DNA from: Octopus vulgaris
Lineage: Eukaryota
Assembly (NCBI GenBank): GCA_951406725.2
Contig: OX597829.1
Span: 37,758,001-37,822,000, forward strand
DNA length: 64,000 bases
Reading direction: 5' to 3'
Shown: piece after piece, positions 51,801 through 64,000 of the stretch
Layout: each line of letters starts with the position of its first letter
How positions within the stretch are numbered: the first letter of the stretch is position 1
Notes under the pieces: model-generated
The model's database searches: none
What the model was told of the DNA's origin: nothing
Seen by the model: the letters and a program-made list of their open reading frames with translations, nothing else
Position numbers and translations under genes: made by a program

Positions 51801-52194
51801 ACAATACTTTATCTCTAAAAGTAGAATTCTCTTCAGTGTTGTAGTCTTTCTTAGATTCTCCTCTGTAATCACTGGTCAGATCAGGCTGTTGCCAAGTTTC
51901 TTGATAATTCTTACTACGTTTAAGCCATTTGTGATGATCGGATACTGACAGCCGATCGACTTGCTCGTTTGTCAAAGATTTAAATTGTAACTTTGATAAG
52001 TCAGAGTAACTCTTACTCTTTTCTTCGTAAGGCCAAGCAAATTCAGGTTTTATTTCATTTGACTTTACTGATGAAACTGACCAAACCTTATGTTTGGGAC
52101 TGCTAAGAACTAATCTTGTATTTGCAGAAGTTAAACCATAAATATTTCTGGCAGCTTTTGTTAAACCATAACCACGATCACAGTTACTGCAATG
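48806..52194 (-). CDS. Very large internal coding exon (3389 nt) of a minus-strand gene; Ser/Gln/Pro-rich low-complexity protein, possibly a Shroom-like scaffold (unconfirmed)
   Basis: The 1057-aa ORF 48802..51975 extends in frame upstream to acceptor ttatttctttttctag|CAT at 52194 (HCSNCDRGYG...). It ends at donor CCATT|gtaagt (48806, phase 2); the ORF stop is inside the intron. Motifs include EYNVPSPPERD, LRKLSEEFY and RRASMKKAYG. The Shroom idea rests on recalled motif resemblance only. Confidence 0.92.
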
Positions 52195-52432
52195 CTAGAA
52201 AAAGAAATAAAAATGACAATTTCAATTTCAGCTAAATTCAAAAGAAAAGCAAGAAAAAGGAAACCAATTTTAAATTTGGTTTTCTCCTTTCTTAGATTAT
52301 TTTTGTTAAAACAAAATAAATCATAAGTAAATTAATCAATTTTAAAATTCTAATTGGATACAATGTTATCTTACTTTTATAATGTGACTTTAAAAGGAAA
52401 TTAGTTAGACATACATATTTATGTTTAGTGAG

Positions 52433-52509
<77 letters not shown>

Positions 52510-54606
52510 AATGAAATAAATACTACCAAAAATAAACAAACCAACTTCTAATTATATAACATATGAAAGAACAATTAAAAAAGTATATGCTTTCTTAAAT
52601 GAATCCTTTTATCTACATACAGAAGGAAATATATATGTATAGGCATAATTATGTGGCTGAGAAGTTTGCCTTGTAAACATGAGGCAGTGGAGTTCAATTC
52701 CACAGCCTGGCAGCTTGGGCAAATGCCAAATGTAGCCACAGGTCGACTAAACTTTGTGAGTGGAATTTAGTAGATGGAAGCTTGTGTGTGTGTGCATGTG
52801 TTTATAAAGTTGTATGTGTTGTATTGTCCCATATATGTCCTGTAACTTGGGTCATTTGATAAAATAAATACTATAATACTTGGATTGACAGAATTGACCA
52901 AACCTTTAAAGATGTCACAGCATGGCCTCAGTTCAATAACAAACACCAGCAAAAGAATATATACACATATTCATAGTACAAAGTAAGATAGGGGTTATGA
53001 GGGTAACCCACTATGGGATATCAGTTATCCAATATACTGCTGGTGAAGCACCCAAATACTAAATACATAAATGCTTATAATTGCAATGCAATTAATTCAT
53101 TTATTGTATTGAATGGGTGAAGGTAAAAAATATTTTTACCGTAAATTCATAATACAAATAAATATACACATATTCATACATAGACACACTAATACATATG
53201 TCTACATGTACATGTATATATAACCACCATCCAGTTTTCTTTCAGTCTCCTCCTATAACCTTTGATGAAGGACTAGCAGTAGAAATGTCAAGACTCTAAT
53301 TGGAGATTGGCACCTTGGGTAAGTATCTTCTAATATAGCCTTGGAACAACCCAAACTTTTGCGAGTGAAACTTAATGGCACTTTATGTGATAACTCACTG
53401 TGTAGACTATCTATGCTTCAGGAATTAGGGTCAGGGTTGCCTGTTTTAGCACCATTATTGTCCTCAGAGCACTCAACTACAAGCATTTGAACCAAGTCTC
53501 CAGTATGAAAATAACTTCATATCTTCAAACATCAGCCCTAACCGCCATGACTTTTGTGCTATGATTTCTTCTTCCTTCTCTGTCATCACCACCAATAGTA
53601 TTATAGACCATGCAAACATCATTGCAATACAATTTGTTCTCTAAGCCAAAATCAATTTAATAATATACTAGTGATCCACAAGAGTGAATTTAATAAACTA
53701 TATACCTCCATTCCTTTCAGGCAGCCTTATATACCTTATCATAAGTTAAGTGTTATTTGTCTTGTGTTTTATTGTTCTTTGTAAAACATTTTAGCCAACA
53801 TGGACATGCCTGCATCTAGAAACTATTTATATGCTGTTGATTATCCTCTTGGTCAACTGTGATCAAGCAAACCAACAGAAACCAAGGGGAAAAAAAAGGG
53901 GTCAAAAGCTTTAATTCAAAAGGTTTCTATGTAACAGAATTTAGACAAAAAAGACATAGTAACTGAAACAGAAACAGTACAAGTGTTAGTACTTCCTGGT
54001 ATGTAGAGGTGTAAGTATGTGTACATACACACATACACTTTAATACGATACACAAACATATATTAAAAACAATATAACAACAATAGATCACCAAAGAATA
54101 ACATCAATAAACAAGAGAGGTGATAAGTGCACCAAAAGAAAACAAACAAATAACAGTGCTGGTGGTGGTGGTGGTGGTAGAAAAAAGATAGTTTAATAGA
54201 TGTAGTAGTCTTGGCAGGCAATTGCAGTGATAGTGGAGCATTTTCATGCAGCAATAGAAGTGATAATAGTTGTGAGGATAACAAAATTCATAAAGATCAT
54301 ATTTGCAGTATTGGTGGTGATGGCCGCATCAGACACAACAGTAACAGAAGAAGTGGCAGTGGTGAAAGCAGTGATTCCCACGGAAGAAAGAACAAAAACA
54401 ACAAAATTATATATTTAAACAAAAAAGAAAAAAAAAAAGTACTTTGATTGTAAACCACAATAACAACAAAAAAAAATGTTGCTTTAATATATATTGAATA
54501 AAACAGTTTCAATATCTTCTTTTGGGGGTCAATGAAATAAAATACTAGTCAAGTAGTCAACTAGTGACCTCCCTTCAAATTATTCCAAAATTAGAAAGAA
54601 TTATTA

Positions 54607-55115
54607 TCTATTATATAAAATCTGTTCTGTCTGTCTCTCTGTGTGTCTTCTAGGATCTCAGGCATCCTCCATCCGATTATGCTCAAATTTGATATGTTGA
54701 TACCGACAGTATCAGTGCGTGTATAAGTCTTGAAAAAATTACAAAAATCGATTCCAGATGAGAATGCATAACTGCACCTTTCATTTTTTGTTGTTTTTGT
54801 ACTGCTTAAAGGCACGTTTCTTTCCTGCCAAGCTTGTTGTTTAAACCATGTTTGTGTTCTCCCAGTCAACAGCCTTATCATTACTGGTACTTTTAACTCT
54901 TCGGTTGCATATTTGTGTGAATAAAATAGTTTTTCTTTGGAATAGAAAAAATGTCTATCTTTATTTCTCCTTTTGCTGGTGCCTCAAATTTATACTAAAT
55001 CAGTGTTTCTCAAAGGGGAGGCCTATGGGACGGTTGGACAAGTTGTTTTGAGAAAATTTGGTTTAAATGTTTGACAACTCAGCACCGTCCATTGGACAGG
55101 GTGGCATTTTGCTCA
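54607..55115 (+). mobile_element. Older non-autonomous Helitron-like element
   Basis: Starts a|TCtattatataaaa followed by a ctgt microsatellite, as in the 26927 element; the 3' hairpin and CTAG are degenerate. Confidence 0.55.
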
Positions 55116-55913
55116 TTATTAATATTATTAGGAAAGAAGAAAGAGTTGGGGATGAGATGTCCTTTTACACTCTGTCTTCAATTCTTACTGACTGGGGATC
55201 AAGTTATATTTTATACCTCTTGGAATCTATAAAATAAGCAGTCAAATATTAAAACCAATTTAACCCTTTAGCATTTAAACCAGCCATATCCAGCCTAAAT
55301 ATTCTACCTGGGTCTTATGCTCAAACCAACCTGATCTGGCTTCCCACATATACCCTAAAATGACATTCTAAAAATAAACAATCACATCACTACAATCTCA
55401 AAATTATGAGATAATGCATCATTAAGTTAAAACAAGGTGAATAAATAAGCATTACATTTGATAGAATAATCTGAATACTGTGAAGGGCAATCAAATGCAC
55501 CACATTCTTACAATTTGTAATCTTGTGCATAACTTAGAAACCTATTTCTTTTCAAGATATAGAGGGTGACGGAACAGCATAAACTGTTCCTTAAAGGAAA
55601 GTTCAGGGTTATATAAAGATTGCCTTTCATCCATTCAGGGTCAATAAAATATGTCTGATGGTGTAGTTAAGTGTTCACTTAGAAACTATGTCATTCCAGG
55701 TTTGGCAAAAGAAATTGATACAATAAACACCAGGCTTAAAGAGAAAATAAGTATACTGGGGGTTGATATGTTTGACTAAAAATTCTTCAAGGTGGTGGTA
55801 CCCCAGTAAAGCCATAGTCTAATGACTGAAACAAGTAAGATAAACGATGATAGTAAAAGTCACACTTGCAAACAAAAAAAACACATAACTGTCAGTAGAA
55901 TCATTTATACAAA

Positions 55914-56144
55914 GGCAGCGAGCTGGCAGAAACGTTAGCATGCCAGGCAAAATGCTTTGTGGTATTTCGTCTGCCGCTACGTTCTGAGTTCAAATTCTGC
56001 TGAGGTTGACTTTGCCTTTCCTCCTTTCGGGGTTGATAAATTAAGTACCAGTTATGCACTGGGGTTGATATAATTGACTTAATCCGTTTGTCTGTCCTTG
56101 TTTGTCCCTGTGTATGTAGCCCCTTGTGGGCAGTAAAGAAATAC
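55914..56144 (+). mobile_element. SINE family B; other copies at 8290..8470 (-), 25930..26138, 39398..39619, 45180..45409, and a tandem decayed cluster at 60100..61400
   Basis: Same core; 16-bp TSD gaatcatttatacaaa at 55898..55913 and 56145..56160. Confidence 0.88.
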
Positions 56145-57154
56145 GAATCATTTATACAAATCTATTAAGATATCAATTCTAATTCAGGGCATCCAAATAT
56201 TTCTATGGTTTGTTATTTAGTCCCAATCTGACCGATGATCAAAAATAGATCCCAGCCTTGAACATCATAATTTATCTTTAGCTACAGAATTCTTCAGACA
56301 ACATGAAGGCATGTGGCTTAGTGGTTAGGGTATTCGACTCACAATCTTAAGGTTGCGAGTTCAATTCCCGGTGACACATTGTGTTCTTGGGCAAGAAACT
56401 TTATTTCAAGCTGCTCCAGTCCATTCCGCTGACAAAAATGAGTAGAACCTGTATTTCAAAGGACCAGCCTTGTTACACAATGTATAGCACTGAATCTCCC
56501 TAAGAACTATATTAAGGGTACACATGTCTGTTGATTGCTCAGCCACTTGTATGAATTAACATACAAGAGCAGGCTGTTCTGTTGATCAAATCAACTGGGA
56601 CCCTTCATTGTCGGAACCGATGGAGTGCCAGTAAAAAAACTTCAGGCAACATTTACCAATGTTTTCTATCTTTTCTTCTCTTTTTTTTTTTTCAAAGAAA
56701 GTAGGGTTTAATTGATGGAAATTTGGCTGCTATTTCTAGTAGACTGAATGACCATGTACAGGTTCCCTACTGATTCCAACACCTCTGGTGTGTAAAATAT
56801 AGTCTTGATAGAAAGGGTGGAGTGAAAGGAAATGAATACTTATACATGAATGTGCTACCATTTACCATATTTCTTCAAACTGGCTGCACCTATGACTGCT
56901 TTCTGAGTACAGGTAACTTCTATATTAGTAACATTAAATTTATATTACATTCTATAAAAACTACGCTTTTCTCCTTAGGCACAGGTATGGTCATGTGGTT
57001 AAGATGTAATATATCCTTTAGGTTTTTTTGCTAATTCGTTTTTTTTTTATTAATGGAAAGTTTGGCTCAGTTACTTGATCATGCAATTTAATATTTTTGT
57101 GAAATTAATTCTTAATTTCTTGAAAATATCTTCCCTTCTTGACAATCTCTAACA

Positions 57155-57344
57155 ACTTATGGCTATATCACATTGAAAGCACCGGTTCTCGTCTGATCAC
57201 CGGAGTTAAGCAACATCGAGCCTAGTTAGTACTTAAATGGGTGACCGCTTGGGAAACCTAGGTGCTGTAAGCATTCCCTTTTCAGCGGTGGTGCCCCAGC
57301 ATGGCCGCGGCCTTTGGGCTAAAACATTTTTAAGGATTTAAGGA
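57155..57344 (+). mobile_element. 5S rRNA-derived element (5S pseudogene head 57155..57273 plus LINE-like 3' tail); SINE3-like
   Basis: 119 nt matching metazoan 5S rRNA (...gcaccggttctcgtctgatcacc...agttaagc...ttagtactt..atgggtgaccgcttgggaaacctaggtgctgtaagc) with CpG-to-TpG changes. It is followed by ggtggtgccccagcatggccgc, a stem-loop and an (aaggattt)n tail. Confidence 0.88.
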
Positions 57345-58388
57345 ACTAGTTTTTATTTGTTTCTTTCTCAAATTGAGAGGCTAAATTTCAATTGGGAAAA
57401 TTTTGTTAATTTTTTTTTTAGTTTCCTTTTTCTGTTTCTGTTGGGGTGGGGAGTGGGATCATTATGCCAGTAATAATGAACACACACACAAGTTCAACCT
57501 CACTTCTTTATTGTTAATCAAGCAGTTAAATATCTCTAACCAACTAATTAGTCTATCATTTGTTTAATGTGTTTGATAAACGATTGATTGTTTAACCAAG
57601 TCCCTCCATTGTTGTTCGTGATCCCATCATCGACATGACCTCTCTCTCTTCAAAGTCTGCCTTGAGTCTGAGAATTAGTCTTTTATGTGAGTATGTAGAT
57701 GTGTGATTGCTTACAAGAGAAGGGAAGGGTGAGAGTAAGCAAAGAATACATGTGTGTGCTTGTGCACATGCATGTGTGTGTGGCTGTGTGTGTACACTCA
57801 TATGCATGCTTGTTTGTGAGTGTGTGTGTGCATTGGACATCCAGGACCTCTTTAATGGTTTGGCCTTTTTGTTCAAGGTCAGTTTGATCTTAGATCTGCA
57901 AGGATTTGCTTGTTATTCCGTAAAGATTTATGGTTGTTGTTTTGTTTTCACAAAGATCAATTCAGTTCACCAACCCTTAAACATATTTATCTAAATCCAC
58001 GTCATTGAGACCCCTAGCTGATTATGTATGTAATGGTTTTTGGAAATACTAGAAGCATTACTCCAAGTACCAGCAGTTGTACTACTACTACCACTACCAT
58101 CACTGATGACGGTGGTGATGATGAGTGATTTCTACCATAGACACAAGGCTAGAGATTCAGAGAGAGAGAGAGAGAGGTTAAGTTGATTACACTACTGGTA
58201 CAGTTTATTGATCCAAGAAGGATCAAGATTAAAGCTGGGTTTGGCAGGACGATCTGGAGAAATGTTGAAAATTTGGGACTGGAGGCTTGTTGATTAAACT
58301 GACCTCATTACTTGACTGTTATTTTATTTTATTGACCCTGAAAGAATGAAAGACAAAATTGATATCAATGAGGTTTGAACTAAGAACA

Positions 58389-58518
58389 TAAGAACTCAGA
58401 AATTAGTGGATCGACAAAATTGTGAGAGCATTTGAAAAAAATGCAGCATTTATCCTAAGAAAAAAATGCTGCATTATTTTCAAATGGTCTCACAATTTTG
58501 CCAATCCGCTAATTTCTT
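58389..58518. repeat. Imperfect palindrome, MITE-like
   Basis: agaaattagtggat..caaaattgtgaga.catttgaaaa..atgcagcattt pairs with aaatgctgcat...ttttcaaatg.tctcacaattttg..atccgctaatttct. Confidence 0.75.
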
Positions 58519-58771
58519 TTATTAGTAGAGAGGGCGTCCAAATTATTTACAATTAAGATATTATTGGTAATGCTATTGTGGTTGTTGTTATTACTATAAT
58601 AATAATAATAATAATAACTGGTGGTACTGGTAGCGCTGATGGTTACATGAGTGTCTACTCTGCCACAATTCAGTTACTAAAATATTTGATTTTGCTATTG
58701 TATCAACAGCATTAACAGAATAATGGGGATTTCTTTTAACAACAATAATTATACTAATGATTGTTGTTACG

Positions 58772-58809
<38 letters not shown>

Positions 58810-59636
58810 CATTTCATTAATATAAACAATAAAACACCATTCTGAATCCTTATCATAATTAGTGTCACATGCAACGATTTTCTCTGTGTACAATAGGGAA
58901 TATCCGTGCAATGTTTACCAAACGAAATGAGTAGAAAACACACACTTAGATACACAATATAATATATATTAGTTACAAGATATTAAATACAACTAAGCAG
59001 AGAACAGATATAAAAAAAATGTACACTAAGTAAATCATTAAGAATAAATAAAGAAAGAAACCAGACAAGAATGAATTTGAGAAAATGAATACAGAAGCAG
59101 TAAAATAATCAGTTTTTTTCTACAAACTATTTCGAGTGTCTTTGTGATAAGGTCACCATATTATCCACAAAATAAATAGATCATTGGTTCAAAGCATGTT
59201 ATAGCTATGGTGTGGTAAGACCCCGAATCCACCATTTTAATTTTAAAGTTGAGTATTTGGCACTTAATAATGATAATGTTATATCTTATGTCAAAAATTG
59301 TCCCAAACAATAAAAACAAAAGAGATATAGTTGGTTTATAAAATTCTTCAAAATTAATCAAAATAAATTATGCACTGTATTTAGCCCTTCAGCATTTAAA
59401 CCAACTATATTCGGCTCAAATATTCTACCAGTTTTATGTTCAAAGTGGCCAGATCTGGCCTTACACTTACCCTGCAATGTCAGTCTAAAAATAAAACAAT
59501 TATATCAACAAAATCTCAAAGCTATGACTGATTGGAAACAATGTGAATGAATAAGCAATACATTTGACAGAGTAATCTGAATGGTAAAGAGTTAAAGATG
59601 TCAACAGGAAAGGATTCAAAATAGAAGAGATGGAGT

Positions 59637-59669
<33 letters not shown>

Positions 59670-62600
59670 TTTAACATCCACTTTCCATGCTAGCATGGGT
59701 TTGATGGTTTGACTGAGGGCTAGCGAACCAGATGGCTGCACCAGGCTTCAATCTTGATCTGGCAGAGTTTCTACAGCTGGATGCCCTTCCTAACACCAAC
59801 CACTCTGAGAATGTAGTTTGGTGCTTTTACATGACACTGGCACGAGGGCCAGTCAGGCGGTACTGGCAACGACCTCGCTCAAATTTTTTTTTTTTTTTTA
59901 CACATGCCAACAGCACAGGTGACAGTAAGGTGATGCTGGTAACGATCCTGCTCGAATGGCGCCTCCTACATGCCACCGGCACGGAAGCCAGTTTGCCGCT
60001 CTGGCAACGATCACGCTCGACACAATAGAAAGATTAAAAATCAACAATGTTGCTACAAAGACTTTGATGGGTCCAAGACCCATTATTATCAATGTATTTT
60101 TCAATTGGTAGAATCTCTAGAACATCAGAAAAATGCCATATGGTATTTCTTCTAGCTCTACACATTCTAAGGTCAAATTCTTCCAAAATCAACCTTGTCT
60201 TTCATCTCCTCAGGGTCAATAGAATAAAGTACCAGTCAAATACTAGGGTTGACAGTAGACTAATTCCTTCTCCCAAGATTCCGGATCATGTGCCTACTCT
60301 AGAAACAATTATTATTATTATTATTACAAAGGTAGTGAACAGGCAGAATCATTACTGAACCAGACAAATTGCTTAGTGGTATTTCTTTTGGCTTTACACT
60401 ACGAGTTCAAGTGCTGTTGAGCTCAACTTTACCTCTCACCTATTTGGGGGTCAACAGAATAAATACTAGTCAAGCACCAGTATAAGTTGATCATATATAA
60501 TGAACTTACTCTTTCTCCTAAAAATTTGCTGGCCTTATACCAAAATTTGAAATCATCATCATTATTATTATTAAGGTGGTGAGCTGGGAAAATCATTAGC
60601 ACGCCAGGCAAAATGCTTAGCAGTATTTCATCTGCATCTACGTTCTGAGTTCAAATTCTGCCAAGGTCAACTTTACCTTTCATCCTTTCGGGGTCGATTA
60701 AGTAAGTACTAGTTACGCACTGCGATTAATGTAATCAACTTGATCCTTTCCCCCAAGCTGCCCTTATGGCGAAAATTTGAAATTATTATTGGGCATGGCG
60801 TTAGGAAGGGCATCCAGCTGTAGAAACTCTGCCAGATCAAGTTTGAAGCCTGGTGCAGCCATCTGGTTTGCCAGCCCTCAGTCATACTTCCAACCCATGC
60901 TAGCATGGAAAACAGACGATGATGATGATGATGATGATGATGATTATTACTATTATTAAGGTGGTGAACAGGCATAATTGTTAGCAAGCCATACAAAATA
61001 TTTAGGGACATTTCCTCTGGCATTATGTCTGGAATTCAAATTCTATTGAGGTTGACTTTACCTTTCATTCTTTTGGGAATTGATAACTTATCTGTCAAGT
61101 ACTGGGATCAATGTAATCCACTAGCCCCCAACTCCCCAGAATTTCAGGCCTTGTGCTGATAATGGAAAGGAGTATTATTATGATCATCATCATTATTGAT
61201 GTTGTTGTTGTTGTTGTTAGTGCCGGTGAACAGGCAGAATTATTAACATGCCAGCTTTCCATTTTAAGTTCAAATACCGCTGAGGGTGACTTTGCATTTT
61301 ATTCTTTCAGGGTTGATAAAATAAATACCAGTTGAGGACTGGGGGGGTGATGCAACTGACTTGCACCCTCTCCATAAGTGTACTGGCCTTATGCCAAAAT
61401 TCAAAACCATCATTATTATCATTATTATTATTATCATCATTATTATTATTATTATCATCATACAAGGTTTTATAATTAAGCTTCTTAGTTTGTTTGCTCT
61501 TTTCTAATGCTGTGCCATACAACTAAATACATTTGTCATATGTTATGTTACTTTCGTCAGCAACAGCTTGATTCTGCTTGTTTACAAAACCACTGTGTTG
61601 ATTTCTCAACGGTGCCAAAAAGACATCTCTTTCAGATAATATAGCCTGTCAGCTGCTGCTGATTTACATTTAATTTATATAAGCATAATATAGTGTTTTT
61701 AGATTTTCTTCAAACAGGTAATTTATTTGGCATTATCTTCAGCAGCGTTGCCAGATTTATCTGAAGACTATACTATTTTTCAGGATTAGATTCAATTTCT
61801 TTAGTAATTTAGTTGCTACCTTAAACCTTTAGCATTCAGATTACTCTGTCAAATGCTATGCTTATTTATTCACATTGATTTGAATTGATCATGCATCACA
61901 ATTTAGCTTCAAGATTTTGTCATGTGTTTGTTTGTTTATTTTCAAATGATATTGTAAAGAGTTGGTGTGAGAGGCTGGATCTGATCATTTTGAACATAAA
62001 CAGGTAGAATATTAGGGCCAGATATATGGCGGGTTTAAATAAGAATTTTAAGAGAAAAGAATTCCTACTGAATATCATGTTAAATTTCCAATCAAGTAAT
62101 ATATTTTACTAATTTACAATCAAATTTTTCATTTAGTGCAACTTTCCTTGAATTGATTTGAGAACCACAATCTTTAGTGGCTAGTGTGTTCCCTAATGCA
62201 TGTTCCAAGAAAAATTTCTGGTGTTCCATAGGATAAGGTATCTTAAGGAAATGCAATAAAAATTTATTTTATAATTTTATTTTTTAAAAAATGGTGTGCA
62301 CCATTTTAAAAATAAGTTTATAAGTTGTTGCCTTTTTTTTATATATATATATATATATATAAGAATAAATTTTAACTTTTATTTCATTTAACATCTTTTA
62401 TTGCAATCACATGCAACTATTGCCCATAAATTATAGATATGGGTTTCATGATGTTTGGAAAGTTGTACAGTGAGTTCCAGGACAAAATGAGTTTAGGAAT
62501 CAACAACCTAATGGATAACTGCATAATTACCCCGTGTCAGGCTCACAATCATGAGGTAGTGAGTTTGATTCCCAGACCAGACTGTGTATTGTGTTCTTGA

Positions 62601-64000
62601 GCAAGACACTTTACTTCACATTGCTCCAGTTCACTCAGTTCTAGAAATTAAATGCAACGTCACAAGTGCCAAGCTGTATCAGCCTTTCCCTTTCCCTTGG
62701 GAAATATTGGTGGCATAGAGAGGGGAGTTTGGTATGCATGGGAAACTGCTGGTCTTCCATAAACAGCCTTGCCCAGACTTGTACCTTGGAGGGGAACTTT
62801 CTAAGTGCATCTCATGGTTATTCATGACCGAAGGGAGTCTTTATACTTTACCTTAAGTTTATGCTTGAACCAGGTTCAGTACTGTGTACCACATTCAAGA
62901 ATAAAACAGCTGATTATGACTAGAAAATAATCTAATTGTAACATAGTAGGATAGATCTAAATATACAAAACAAAAAAAAACATTTTTCTTTAAAAATAAA
63001 AAATTATAAATATTAGTATCTTTAGTGTTATAGAAGTATTTGTTGCAGTCTCTCAAAGAGTATTTTATTTTGATGTCATAATATTTTATATAAACTTTTT
63101 GAGAGAATGTGAAATAGTCCTTTTTTGGAGCAGAATATCTTGAGCACACACATAAAGCTATGAATAACAGCAAGTAAATATTGGATTTAAAAGATCTTTT
63201 CAAGTTAGAGATTGTCTTTGATGTTTTCTATCTAAAATAATTTTTCAACCTAATATTGAAGAAAACCCATCTACCACCGCAGAATTGATACCGATGCTAG
63301 TGCCACATAAAAGGTACTGGTGATGGTGCCACAAAAAAAAAAAGCACTGATGATTGTGTCATGTAAAAAGTACTGGAGATGTTGCCACATAAAAAGCACC
63401 AAGTATACTCTGTAAAATGGCTGACACTAGGAAGGGCATCCAGCCCTAGAAGCTATGCCAGAGCAGACATTTGGAGCCTGGTGTGGACCCACCCTACCAG
63501 CTCCTGTCAAACCATCCAACCCATGCTGGCATGGAAAACAGACGTTAAATGTGACAATAAATGACAATGATTTACACGTTATTATTTATAGCTTTATGTA
63601 ATTGCTTCCAAAAAAGCTTGTTTTATATATTGCTATTTTACATGAAGCTGTGTCCTTCAGCTTTTTAATTTTGAGAGTTTCGTGGATCAACTGAGAAAGA
63701 GAAAGAGAGTGAGTGAGTGAGTGACTGAGTGAGTAAGAGTAAGAACCATATTAAATACACAGAATAAATCAACCTCATGGAATCATGCAGAAAGCCAGTT
63801 AAGCAATGACAACCAGATATATCGATAAAACTGTGAGTTTACTCCCGTCCCCTCCTCATTACCCTTTGTCTCTAAAAATCATTAGATATTCTAAGGATGA
63901 CCATATGCTATGTCTACATGCACAAACCTGTTCCTATACATAACTACTAGTTAAGACACTGAAGTTCTAGCAATTTGTTTTTTTGGTCTTTTGGTAATGC

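Noticed and set aside
57155-57273. Functional 5S rRNA gene
   Set aside because: It is solitary, CpG-decayed (including the first base and internal control region positions) and fused to a retroposon tail.
57592-57690. Possible upstream exon of the host gene
   Set aside because: The splice signals are weak and the phase is ambiguous, so it cannot be supported from sequence alone.

Overview
Eukaryotic, AT-rich and repeat-dense DNA. The SINE families and compound (TA/CA/GA)n microsatellites look like an octopus or other coleoid cephalopod genome (inferred from repeat style; no database search was run). Much of the window lies within one minus-strand multi-exon gene. Phase-consistent exons are 52194-48806 (3.4 kb, Ser/Gln/Pro-rich), 36550-36238, probably 23046-23009, 10684-10335 and 3159-3036. 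The product is a large, probably disordered scaffold-like protein, possibly Shroom-like (unconfirmed), and its start and stop codons were not found. The introns hold a frameshifted CR1/Jockey-type LINE, several decayed RTE LINEs (one with a PHD-type finger inside the RT), three tRNA-derived SINE families, a 5S-rRNA-headed SINE-like element, non-autonomous Helitrons, mariner and piggyBac-type remnants, and a minisatellite. The most unusual signal is a set of fold-back (head-to-head) insertions carrying minimal hammerhead-ribozyme cores. One has a tRNA-derived Pol III head and a target-site duplication (TSD), making it a candidate Penelope-mobilised, ribozyme-bearing SINE. ORFs made of microsatellite are artefacts.
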